A stretch of 64,000 nucleotides of DNA, taken from the NCBI GenBank assembly GCA_977020255.1, contig CDROCS010002327.1:310001-374000 (forward strand), written 5' to 3'. The translations under genes were made by a program, and so were the position numbers. The notes beneath the pieces were generated by a model that made no database searches, was not told where the DNA came from, and worked only from the letters and a program-made list of their open reading frames with translations. Below, piece after piece: positions 49,169-60,392 of this stretch. Source of the stretch: Obrimoposthia wandeli. Lineage: Eukaryota. The stretch's first letter is position 1. Each line of letters opens with the position of its first letter.

Positions 49169-50739
49169 TGTTGGGGTTTCTATATGAAACTGCTTTGGAG
49201 TTTATATATAGAACCTCTGATGGAGGACCCCAACGTGAGTTCTATAGGAGCAGGACTTATAATTATTTGTGGCCTACTTAAGTTGTGCTTGCCTATCTCA
49301 ATTCTTATCTGAAGGTTTGTTATGTCTAGGTGTGAGGGTCTGTAACAACGCTGCCTAGTTGTAAGAAATCTTTTATTTCTAAAACACACGAAATTACGTT
49401 CTAAACACGTTTTAAATATAACAAAACTAATCCTAAATACTTTCACAAAGTCTCTACACAAGTGGGGACGTTTCGCGTATCGATTTTAATTGAAGGTCGT
49501 TTGTTTACTAGAGTCTTTACTCTAAAAAATATGGGCAATTTAAGGTTATAGATTTTAGAGAGCTGGTTGCTCTAAACTATGGGCAAGTTAATTTATTGAT
49601 TTTAACGGAGTACTTATTAAAACAAGATACGAGCAAATTTGGGCAGTTTAACTTCTCTTTTTTCCAAATTATCAAAACAAGATACGAATAAATGTGGACG
49701 GTTTAACTTCTCTTTTTTCCAAATTATCAAAACAAGATACGAATAAATGTGGACGGTTTAACTTCTCTTTTTTCCAAATTATCAAAACAAGATACGAATA
49801 AATGTGGACGGTTTAACTTCTCTTTTTTCCAAATTATCAAAACAAGATACGAATAAATGTGGACGGTTTAACTTCTCTTTTTTCCAAATTATCAAAACAA
49901 GATACGAATAAATGTGGGCGGTTTAACTTCTCTACTTTCCAAATTATCAAAATAAGATACGAATGAATGTGGGCGGTTTAACTTCTCTTCACACTCTACT
50001 CTTATCGTCCTTCGCCGAGATTGTTGGATAGAATCGATCCGGTTGGCCGATGGATAACTTCGATCCGATTCAGCAGAGACGCCTCGCGAGATAAATTGCC
50101 TCGTGTCGTCCTCGTCCGATCCGATTGATTGTCAGATAGACTCGATCTGATTGTCTGCTTTTAATTTCAAATTTGATGTTTTTAAGAGATCCAATTTCCT
50201 CGCTGCGAGTTCTAATTCTAATCCTTCCAGCCGATTATTTCCTTTTTATAGCGAATTCAACGCTAGCCCACTAATGGCTTTTTTGTGCCTAATGGATTTC
50301 TGTCTGAAATCAGGCAATCTGACGATACTCCTAAATTAAAATTAAGTGGAGTAAATGACTTATCCCACTTACTTCGTTCTCAGAGAGTTCAGCAACAGTT
50401 CACTAATTGCTTAAGTTGCCGGCTGTCTTGTTCTCAGCAGCTGGAGTCTTCTCACGAATCGTAGTTTCTTTCCGGGCTTCTTAATTAATCTTCTTTTCTT
50501 AATTGCTTTGGTTTTTCTTACTAAGTCTTTTTTGGGGCCCTTGGTAATTTATAAAATCCATTATATATCACGTACCAAACACTTGACCTCCTCAAGGTCC
50601 TAAAATACTTTTTTATTTCATTATTTTAATTTAAATTCAAATTCAATTTTAATTTTATTTTTAACCTTGCTTTCAAGGATTTATTCCACTATATAATAAT
50701 TAATTATTTTCATTAATTATTAGAATCCTAATCCTAACA
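49169..50739 (-). mobile_element. Solo LTR (1571 bp), same family as 22771-24951
   Basis: TG...CA ends (TGTTGGGG / CCTAACA on plus), with 4-bp TSD GATT on both sides. Internal 55-bp minisatellite at 49620-49990. Confidence 0.9.
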
Positions 50740-51379
50740 GATTCATTAAAACAAATTTTTGATATGATGTAGTAATATCACTATGCATGATCAGCTTTAC
50801 ACATGTAATTAGATATCTGGTAATATACATAAGCTTTATTAAACACATACATACACACACCTACATATATGATTAAGCTTAACATACAAAGACAGACACA
50901 CATACATTTATTATTAAGCTTTATTATATATGTGCAAGGGATGTCATCTGATATCTTTGTTAATCTACTAGTAATCAAATATGCTCACATACATACATAC
51001 ATACATTTAATTCTGTTTCCAAGTGTCAACATCTGTCTAATTATTCACACACACATGCATGGGTGATGTAAGCAAGTGGAAAACATATTAGATGGAATTT
51101 ACATCATCATTGGTGCAGTAAAACAAATTTTAATTAACAATGGATAATAAAATTTCGAATTAAACACATGATATATAATAACCTAGATAAATTCACCTAA
51201 TTTATATTAAATGACTTTAAATAATCTAAGTATGAAATTGATGTATTTAAACAAAGTGTCTTTATAATGTCCTTATGGTGAATAGTTCCAACACGTGATA
51301 GAAAGTTTAAATAAATTTATATAATACTTATCAATAGATAGCTTATTTAAGTTTAATAAATTTTGTAAATGTTTTATTT

Positions 51380-52916
51380 CTTTGTTTTAAAGTAATTGAT
51401 TTTGAAGTAATAAAGTTTTGAAGAAAATAAGTTTTTGAAGAAAATAAGTTTTTGAAGAAAATAGGTTTTGGAAGAAAATAAGTTTTTGAAAAAAATTAAT
51501 TTTCAGGAAATAGAGTTTTGCAAAAATTTTCATGTACAAAAGGTTTTTGAAAAAAATGATGTACAAGTGATTTAAATTTTTTTTTAATTTTAACGCCAAA
51601 ACGTTTTAAAAATTTAAACAAAAATTTTTAGAAAAAATAATTTTTTGAAGGTTTTTGACCCTTGAAGGTACTTGAAGGTCTAATCAAAGTCAGATCAACG
51701 CTATTATATTTAACTTTGAAAAGTAGAAAATTAAAATTTTGAAGGTTTTAGACCCTTTGAGAGAACTCTATTCGAATAACCATATTAAAGAATTAGCTCA
51801 AAGTAGCAACTCAAAGAATCAGCAATAAGAAGTACCTTAAAAGAAGCAACTCAAATAACTTCCTTAAAAGAAGCAACTCAAATAACTTCCTTAAAAGAAG
51901 CAGCTCAAATAACCAGCTCAAAGAAGTACCATCAAGAGTGAGTAACCATGTGCTCATAGTCGTTGTCCTGAAAGACTCATGTTTTCAACATGTGAAAGGA
52001 AATAATTCACAAAGGACAAAGCACATCACGTGTACTTATATTGCAAACAAGTGCAATTATTTATAAATCACAAACTCACACAGTCACATGACATTTTCGT
52101 GAGATTTTCTCTGCCTTGTATTGGAGTATGTGTGCGGCTAATGGCAGCAGATGACTATGCCCGAATTGCATCAGTCTACCGCTGGATGGATTTATGCTGC
52201 AGTATAAGGTAAATTTTTATTTATTTATATTTATATTCTGCTGCAGTATCTCAGGTAAGTTATTATTAATTTATTGATTTAATTTTAAATATCTATTGAT
52301 TGTTTTCCTTCTATTGTGTTTTTCAAACATTATTTGAATAATCGTCAATCTATATTCGATCAATAATCCTTTTAGATGATGTGATGTGATTTGATGTCTG
52401 TCTTTCATGACATGAGCTCATAGTGAGCACATGGGCTCATGGTGGGCACATGAACTCATCATCTTATAAAAACCTTGACCTCATAGTCAGCTTAAGGGCT
52501 CAAGCGATGAGTGCACTATAGAACAAAAGACATGACCTTGAAATATCATGCTTACTCGGGGGTAATTTGATCTACTTATGACGTAATGTGATCCCGTAAG
52601 GTTACATGACCTTGACCAACTTATGACGTACTGTGATCTCGTGAGGTTACATGGCCTTGACCTACTTTGATGTAATGTGATCTCGTGAGGGCACATGACC
52701 TTGATCTACTTGTAATGTAATGTGTTCTCGTGAGGTCACATGACCTACATGACCTTGAAAAAATCATGTGTACTCGGGAGAAATTTGACCTACATCACAT
52801 TACCTTGAGCTACTTTTGACATTGACCTCAAAAAGCTTTTTGAAATTTGCGCCAGAATTTTTTTTTTAGTTTTCGCAGGGGTCTTTGTGCCAGAAGTCAC
52901 ACATCTACCTACTACT
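51380..52916 (-). mobile_element. Polinton-type terminal region (P4) with several short tandem arrays
   Basis: Terminus AGTAGTAGGTAGATGTG at 52916 shares ACCCCT-GCGAAAAC..AAAAAA..CAAATTTCAAAAA with P3. Arrays: GAAGAAAATAAGTTTTT, AAAAGAAGCAACTCAAATAACTTCCTT and CATGACCTTGA. Left limit uncertain. Confidence 0.65.
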
Positions 52917-53370
52917 GATTTATATTATTTTATTTAAATAATGATTGAACTTGCTTATTATAAAATTATTTTCCTAAATCAGTTTGCACATTTTGTGGAA
53001 TGTCCTCTTTTAATATTTCTTTAATGGCTTCAAGCATAGCTATTAAAGACTTTGCTTTAACTGGAATTGCACGAGCAAACCTGCTAAATACATCAATACA
53101 TGTCAAAATATATCGATATCTCTTATTAATGGAAGAATATGGAATCATCTCCATCAAATCCATTTGCCATAAATGATTAGGACCGCTGGTTTTGTAAGCT
53201 CTAGTTGGGAACCTTCTTCTCATCGGCTTGTTCAGACTGTAGGCTAACTGATCGCTCAGCCATTTCTGCGCTTTCTTGTAATTTTGTTTTGTTCTTTTTA
53301 CTAATTTTGAAACTCCTGTGTAGCCAATTGAATCTTTTGAATTGAACCATATCTTCTCCATTACAACAAT
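52917..53370 (-). pseudogene. Integrase N-terminal half
   Basis: LWQMDL...IDVFSR...VQTDLGK*FYNKQVQSLFK*NNIN, cut exactly at the P4 terminus. Confidence 0.9.
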
Positions 53371-53479
53371 TTGAATATATAGAAAATTTAAATTTAGATA
53401 AAGAAGGGTTAGCACCCATAACTTTAGCTTATTTTTGAAATAATTGTTTATGTACGTGTCGCAGCTATAATACTACTGA

Positions 53480-53790
53480 TAATTTAAGCAACAGCTGGAA
53501 TAACAGCCCCTATGAAACCGCCATTATGTTTAAGAATAATATTTCGTTTCCTTTTTTACTTTTTACATTAGCAATATCTAGAAGTGTTATTCTATATTTC
53601 TTTAATATATTTTTCGGTTTTCCCCCTTTTACTCGATCCAAAACTATATTATACAAAACTTCCAATAAATCATCTTTATGAAATGCTTTAAGAATACTCA
53701 TTCTCTTATGAGAAGAGGCTTTGACGAAAGCTTTAAAATAGTGTATGCTTCTTTGTATTTTCTTAATTTAAAAAAAAGTTCAATTTTAAT
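53480..53790 (-). pseudogene. Basic core protein (pX-like)
   Basis: Homologous to 43005-43325, with frameshifted NGGFIGAVIP. Confidence 0.65.
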
Positions 53791-53854
53791 ATTGTTTATA
53801 TTCGAAGCCATTTAAGTTTTCTTTTATTTCTAACTACATATTTGATTTATTTAT

Positions 53855-54500
53855 TCACTTCTTTTTTTTTAATGATTCTTTTTTTGATTTCTTAGGCTTT
53901 GCTTTACGTTTACGTTTCACTATCAACTTCTTAAAAGGAGAAGCTTGTGTAAAGACAATAAATATATACCCATATGCTTGTTTAGCAGCATCATGGAATG
54001 AATCAACTAGAAAGTTTTTATTTTGGGAAATTGCCTGTCTGGCTACGAAATCTACAACTGTTTGATCTCTAGGATTTTTAAATAAAACTAAGTAATGTAC
54101 ATTAAGACTTCTTGTTCTATGATGACCTCCTTGATGAAAAAGATTTGAGTGATACATATAACTGTTACTTCACGATGTCTTGCAATCTTTGTAAATAAAT
54201 TATTAAAGTCCGATTCCTTGTTAGCTTCCTGATACAAATCATCAATTATTATTACATCTTCTTTTTTTAATCTTTCACACCAATTTGCATCAAATCCTTC
54301 AATAAATTGTATTCCCTTCAACTTGCAATCTTATGTTTTGGTTAATCCACTTTCCCCTCCTCCACCATGATGTCAATAAATATTTTTGAAACTAGAATTG
54401 AAACTAGAATCATTTTCCAACAATTTGCATACGAAATGTGTCTTTCCAATTCCACTGGGTCTAACTATTTGAAATACAGCATTATTATTTAGCTCCATTA
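53855..54500 (-). pseudogene. A32-like packaging ATPase
   Basis: RPSGIGKT (degenerate Walker A), VIIIDDL, FTKIARHRE and VLFKNPRDQ. Confidence 0.88.
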
Positions 54501-54535
54501 CATATACTCTTTCATTTTTAATGTTGTTTATATTA

Positions 54536-54820
54536 TCATAGAACTTTCCTTATTGAAATGTACAATGTTAGAGCTATTGTAGATGAAATACAAAAATTAA
54601 TTAATGAATATTTGGCTATAATTTTATTTATTTGTGTACGATTTCTAAATTCTCGAATAACGTGTGATCTAACCAATGTGGTTTCAATGTTATCCCTTGT
54701 TATATCATTATATTTTAATTCTGATAAAATTTCTTTACCCCTAATTTTTTCAGAAAATATTTCGTCGACAAGACGATCCACTTCATTGTCTCTATTTATA
54801 GTATTATTCATTTGAAACAA
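54536..54820 (-). CDS. Conserved hypothetical Polinton protein
   Basis: Homolog of 44409-44696 in the same position. Confidence 0.55.
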   Translation of the reverse strand: MFQMNNTINRDNEVDRLVDEIFSEKIRGKEILSELKYNDITRDNIETTLVRSHVIREFRNRTQINKIIAKYSLINFCISSTIALTLYISIRKVL

Positions 54821-54839
54821 TAAGTTTAAACAGGTTTGT

Positions 54840-55410
54840 TTATAGAAAAGATAACAAGATGTAATAAGATATATTTTCTAAAATCAAATCAACAATGTCA
54901 GGATAATCAAAATTTTTTAATCCTAATATCATAACTTTACCACTGGAAAATATATTTACACATAGCGGTTTAAACTTCAAATAACTGAGAGCAGGAAAAA
55001 TTTCTGGTTCAAACATGCATTCTTCTTTCATTTTTTCTGCAATTTTATAAAGATTTATTTGTTTCCCGAGATTAGCTGAAATTATGATTGATTGTATTGC
55101 AGTGATTCGAATTCCAAATGGTAATTCGAATTCAAGCAAAGGTATTTTGCATCCCATAACACGACAACTTCCTAAAAGAATTCAATATGAAAAAAAAATA
55201 AAACAATAACCTGTGGGAAAAATAACAACTGTGAAATTGTCAAACCTTTTCACATATTGTCTCGACTTCCATTCATTGAATGGTAAGTATGAAACATCAT
55301 CTTCTATTCTACCTTTATCATTTAAATTTACGAGTTTCATTAGACTAAAATTGTATTCTGTAAATATTTCTTTATATATGTCTGAACCTGCTCTTTTATT
55401 GCACATTTCT
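54840..55410 (-). pseudogene. TATA-binding-protein-like gene
   Basis: FTVVIFPTG...(CRV)MGCK and FEPEIFPALSYLKFKPLCVNIFSSGKVMILGLK. Confidence 0.78.
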
Positions 55411-55616
55411 TGTAATTATCTTGCAAACCTATTATAATTGGATGATATATTTCTTCCAATCAATTTTGATTTTTAATATGGATTTAGTCCAATCAAATTC
55501 AATGCTTTAATTATATTAACCAATGAGATTCATGTCTTTGTTAGAAATTAGTATAAAAGAATGCGCCATTGGAGGAAAAATCATAATAAATGCATTCATA
55601 ACAAAGACAATTATCA

Positions 55617-56105
55617 ATGATGGACATTAGCCAACGGATATTAAGCGGTGGTGAAGATTTAGAAATATTTGAAGAATCGGATAAGGATATAGATGAAGAA
55701 GTGAAACAATATTTCAAATACAAAGTCATATTCTTGAAGAAGCCTCAACTGATTGCTTTAGTAAATCCTGTGACAATTGAAAGAAGAAAGTTCAGCTATT
55801 ATCCATCAAATATTCAAAAAACAGATTTTCAATATCTTAAACAGAAAGTTGAAACGGCAGTTCCAAATTTTACTTTCAATAAGAACGAATTTTATACCCG
55901 AGGAGCCAATACAACATTTCTAGATGACTATGGAAGAGAAATATATGTTGATGCGTTTCCGAAAAAGAAGCAATGGACTGTAACAATTCGACTTTATGGT
56001 TACAAGAAAGATGAAATTGGAACAAAGTTGCCTATGTGGAAAATTGATCGTGCTCATCCTTATGTTTTAAATTTTTTTTTTCATTTTGCATATAATAAAT
56101 TGTAA
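55617..56105 (+). CDS. TIR-proximal conserved protein (putative SSB), paralog 1
   Basis: WTVTIRLYGYKKDEIGTKLPMWKI motif. Confidence 0.5.
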   Translation: MMDISQRILSGGEDLEIFEESDKDIDEEVKQYFKYKVIFLKKPQLIALVNPVTIERRKFSYYPSNIQKTDFQYLKQKVETAVPNFTFNKNEFYTRGANTTFLDDYGREIYVDAFPKKKQWTVTIRLYGYKKDEIGTKLPMWKIDRAHPYVLNFFFHFAYNKL

Positions 56106-56203
56106 TCGGTTTTATTCATTTTTACTATGTTTCTTTCATTTGGCAATTAATAATCAGTTTTATTTTTTTATAATATTTGTATCTTATGTATTTTTTATAA
56201 ACA

Positions 56204-56644
56204 TTGTTTTCTAATCAGATTCCTTATTTTAGAATGGATCTTCTTCTGAGATATGTAGGAAATTTTTATTATCCAGAAAGAATTTCAAAAGAAAAACTAT
56301 GTAATATATTAAAGAGGCATCAAATTATACAAGTTATGAATCCTGTGAAAATATCAAAAGTGGAAAATAAATATATCTTTGAAATTTTAACAACATCTGA
56401 TATTGATCAATTGAAAAATATTTTGGGATTTTACATTTCTGATTATGTATATGGAGGAAATTATTTCCAGCTTAAAACTGATCCCAGTCTGGCTTTTAGA
56501 AACGATATAGGATATTTGATTGATCCAATTTTAGATGAAGAACTATGGAATATCTCAATACGTCTCAATGGATATTTTGCTGATGACGGGAAAATGCAGC
56601 CTCTTTGGACTTTGAGTGAAGCCAATATGGTGTTTTATGTTTAA
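56204..56644 (+). CDS. TIR-proximal conserved protein (putative SSB), paralog 2
   Basis: WNISIRLNGYFADDGKMQPLWTLSEA motif. Confidence 0.5.
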   Translation: MFSNQIPYFRMDLLLRYVGNFYYPERISKEKLCNILKRHQIIQVMNPVKISKVENKYIFEILTTSDIDQLKNILGFYISDYVYGGNYFQLKTDPSLAFRNDIGYLIDPILDEELWNISIRLNGYFADDGKMQPLWTLSEANMVFYV

Positions 56645-57176
56645 TTTAATAAATGTTTTGAAAAGAATTTAGACTCAAATTTTGTTTTTCTCCTCTAAAT
56701 TATATAAATCTTACTTATTTCTTCTCTCATAAATTATAAAACTGACCTAGATATTTAAAAAAACATGTAGTAATTTATTAATCTAAAATCTTTCTTAAAA
56801 ATAGTAGTAATATATTCACATAAACATATTATTTGAAATCTCGTCTGCGATAAGCCGCCGGGGTCAATATGAATTCCCGTGGTCTTCTCTAATCACCTTT
56901 GAGATTAGCGGTAAAATTTAAAGTAAAATAAAAAATTGTGGGGGAAACCCCCCCCCTTTCAGGTGGGATGGACACACACAAGCATGAAATTTCACTCCAC
57001 ACACAACCACGGTTTTAAAGGACAGTAATAGCCCCCTGGGGAGGGGGTGGATTAGACCGGAAACATCCACCTACTATCCTAGACTTCAGAATTATTCTGG
57101 AATTATCTTTTTTCTCTTTTTCTTCTGCCTGTGGAATCTCATTATAGTTCACTCTAAACAATCTTATCATTAGAAT

Positions 57177-57700
57177 TCATCTATTGAACTTAGCTTTCTC
57201 TTTCTTTAGTTCCTTCATTGGATTATGTTTGACACTGGATATTCCTTGTTTTTTAGTGGAATCTTTGTATGTCTCGTGTTTGGTATTTTTTGCATAGTCT
57301 CCTGGATTATCCTTATCATCATCGTCTCGTCGGTTCTTTGGTTCTCGTGGCATAGTTCTAGCTTGATGTTGCTCCTTCTTGAGAGCTCGCAACTCATTCT
57401 CGTGATGATGGTGCGTTAGATATTTTGCTAAGAATGGAAAACATCCTATTATAAGCTGCCAGGTGATTCTGGTTATCCTGTACAAACTATATGTGAATAA
57501 CACTTGGTCTATAATTACCTGTACATATTTAAATATAACATAAATTCTTATAATGGCTGAGAATAATTGTCCTAATACAAGGAATTTTCTCCATATTTCC
57601 TTATTGTCTGATGTACCGCTTTCTTGAAGTGACTTGCTGGCAAAAACATATCAAAACTCGCATGTGTGGCTTCTGGGGGTAGTATTATTTTATTTTATTT
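57177..57700 (-). pseudogene. env: Chuvirus-like glycoprotein C-terminus (TM + cytoplasmic tail)
   Basis: WRKFLVLGQLFSAII.IYVIFKYVQVIIDQVLFTYSLYRITRITWQLIIGCFPFLAKYLTH, homologous to 26100-26700. Confidence 0.75.
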
Positions 57701-58699
57701 CATAACTTTTCTAATCTAACATAATCAATCAATTTTATCCATCCTCCGTTTTCGTTGATACGTTGTTGCAATACATTCAATTTAGAAATATTGCTTCATT
57801 TATTTCTTGTTTGATTTCGTTTGGTTGACTTGTCCTTTCTATTAATTGAAAACAAAAATATGTAGTCGATGTGAATATTTTCCTACTAGTGTGTTGACTT
57901 CCCAGAATTTTCGAAATAACTTCATCCTCGTAGATTTTGTCTATTGATACATAGTATCCCTGTCATTTGCGATTTAACTGTTTTAGTTAAATTATCTGTA
58001 ATATCGGTAGTTTCATTTTTGTACATTTTAAACAATTTAGGCTTTACTTGTTTGGGGATACCTGTGATTATTTCTTTACTACTTGGAACATCTGAATTCG
58101 TATCATTTCTTTATTCCTCATTTCGTTCTGCGCTGTATTGTTCTAATGACGATACCAACTGATCGATGCAGTGATGTCTTTCTTCCTCAGTCTGAGGTGC
58201 AGTCTAAATATTTCTAAGTATACTCTCATTTTTTGGTCATAGGTTGTACATTGTAACTATTTTCCATCGGTGTTTCATAAGCTTCCAATATTATATTCAT
58301 CAAGTCATTAAGTTCTTCTCTGATGTGATGTTTTTTATCTTTACGTTATAACATAGATGAATTAGCCACCTTTGTGTGCGATGAATCTTCTATTATTTCC
58401 AACATTCATTCAAATTTATTATCGTTATTTTCGTAGTCTATTTCACATCTGAGTTCCGTCTCACGGTTTCTATTGCTATCTTCATTTATGTAATTAGAAT
58501 TCCCTTTTGGTTTAGGTGAATTTTCACGACTATTTGTCTTTCAACATTATTATTTTATCTCCCTGAATTATCGTTTCTCCCAGCTCCTTGATGTCTATCT
58601 GTATAATTACTATGTTTTCCTGGTGACTGTGTTAAAAAAAACTTTAAAAACACACTCTAAAACTGTCTTTGTACTGATTATACGTCCTTTAATATGATG

Positions 58700-60215
58700 A
58701 AGTATACCTGGCACCTCTATTCCAGGAGGGAGTAAATTATATTCTCTGTAAGTACAGAATTATTTACCTGTCGTTCAATTTTTCGCATAATGACCCATTT
58801 GTTTACACGTATAACACTGTATTCTCCCTCGAAGATCTATCTTCAAACTGTACTCGTTGACTGTTATGTCTATTGTCATATCGTCATCTAAAATCATGTC
58901 TACTGAAATTTGATTCATATCCGCCTTCTCAGTTATAAAATTTTCCATTTCTATCTCCTGAATTATTTTTGAAGTCGGTTCGCTCTCTTCCGTTTACACG
59001 ATTATTCGATCATCTCCTATCCAGGGTAGGCGATTTCCTGAATTATCTCTGTTCGAATGAAATATACTTCTAAGTTCATAAAATTCCTTATTATTCCCTG
59101 TTTCTCTAATCTCCTGGATTTGTGTTCCTTTAATCATCATAATTTATATTTCTCGAATCATCTCGATTTCTACTTCTAAAATTGTCTCGATTTTCATTAC
59201 TAAATTCATCTCTCTTTTCCAATCGACTGCTATCCCGAAATTCATTTAGTCTATAATTCCGTATTTTAAAACTATTTTGTTATGGTTTATTCGCAAACCC
59301 TTTTGTCATATCTGCGTAAATTTCTAACGCTGCATTATTTGTAATATTCTTCTAAATTTATCTCGTCTTCCACATGACGTTATCAAAATCATTTGTCTCC
59401 GATACTGATAATGACACTATAATGTCTTAATTTAATTAACTTCTGAATATATCCAACAAAACTTCTGCTATTTCGTTTTGATACCGATTATCTTCAGCGA
59501 AATTGTACATGTGCTGCTACAGGGTGGCATGCACGAATCATCAACACTTTCCTTGGATGCGCTCCGGCTGCCAAGGTTCAAAAAACATACTTGTATTCAT
59601 TTATACACTCACTGTGTTTTTGTTTTCGTTCTCTCCAAATTCGCTTATTCACTTTTACGATATCTCCTAGTACAAGTTTACAAATGAAAGCAGTCTCCAT
59701 TGTTTCCCAATCTACACGTTTTGCTTCTCTCGTATCTTTATAAGCTTCGTGAACTAATCATGTAAAATATACTTGAATACAAATACATTTTTCTCTATCA
59801 CTCCATCCTTGAACGTCTGTGCAACTCGAATATTCCACGAGAGAACCACAAACACTTTCCTCATCTATTTTAAACTTCGCGATCTGCAGTGAGCCTGTAA
59901 AATTTGGTTTCAACGTCGCATTCAAAGCTTAGCCATATTCTCCTCAATTATTTCTTCAATATTATTAAAATTAATTTCCTCAAACTCTTCTGGATTGGCA
60001 ATTTCCAGATCTCCTTAATTTACATAGTCGAATAATTTAATAAATTATAACTTTCGGTTGAAACTGCTGACCGATTAACGTATCTTTCAGATACTGTTTT
60101 TCCAACAAATTCAGATCAAAATTATTCTGTTAATTCTTTATGTACTCAAGGAAATTTATCAACTCGAATCTGTCTTCTGCAGATTCTTCCTGATTATCCG
60201 CTATCTTGTTAATTA
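58700..60215 (-). pseudogene. gag: gag-like ORF with CCHC zinc knuckle
   Basis: RIQCYTCKQMGHYAKN* at ~58775-58830. Heavily decayed upstream coding sequence. Confidence 0.65.
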
Positions 60216-60392
60216 TGTATTAAAATATATATCAACGACTTTAATTTACTTATTACTTCTCTTATATCTTATATCTCAATCACTTAAATTATTAATTTAC
60301 GACCTCTTAATATTTTAATTAAATTATCGATTCACTTATTAATTCAATTAATACTTATTTTATTCTAGCTTAATTATCTTATTTAATTATCT

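Larger units (their letters stand above)
52917..57075 (-). mobile_element. Polinton/Maverick-like copy P2 (right arm)
   Basis: Same order as P1: terminus - SSB-like (x2) - TBP - hypothetical - ATPase - core protein - integrase. No IAP. Confidence 0.88.

Noticed and set aside
31227-57075. Treating the whole 26 kb as one giant Polinton or NCLDV insertion
   Set aside because: Seven separate termini, triplicated diverged gene sets and no matching outer TSD show multiple nested elements; no NCLDV core genes (RNA polymerase, PolB) were seen.
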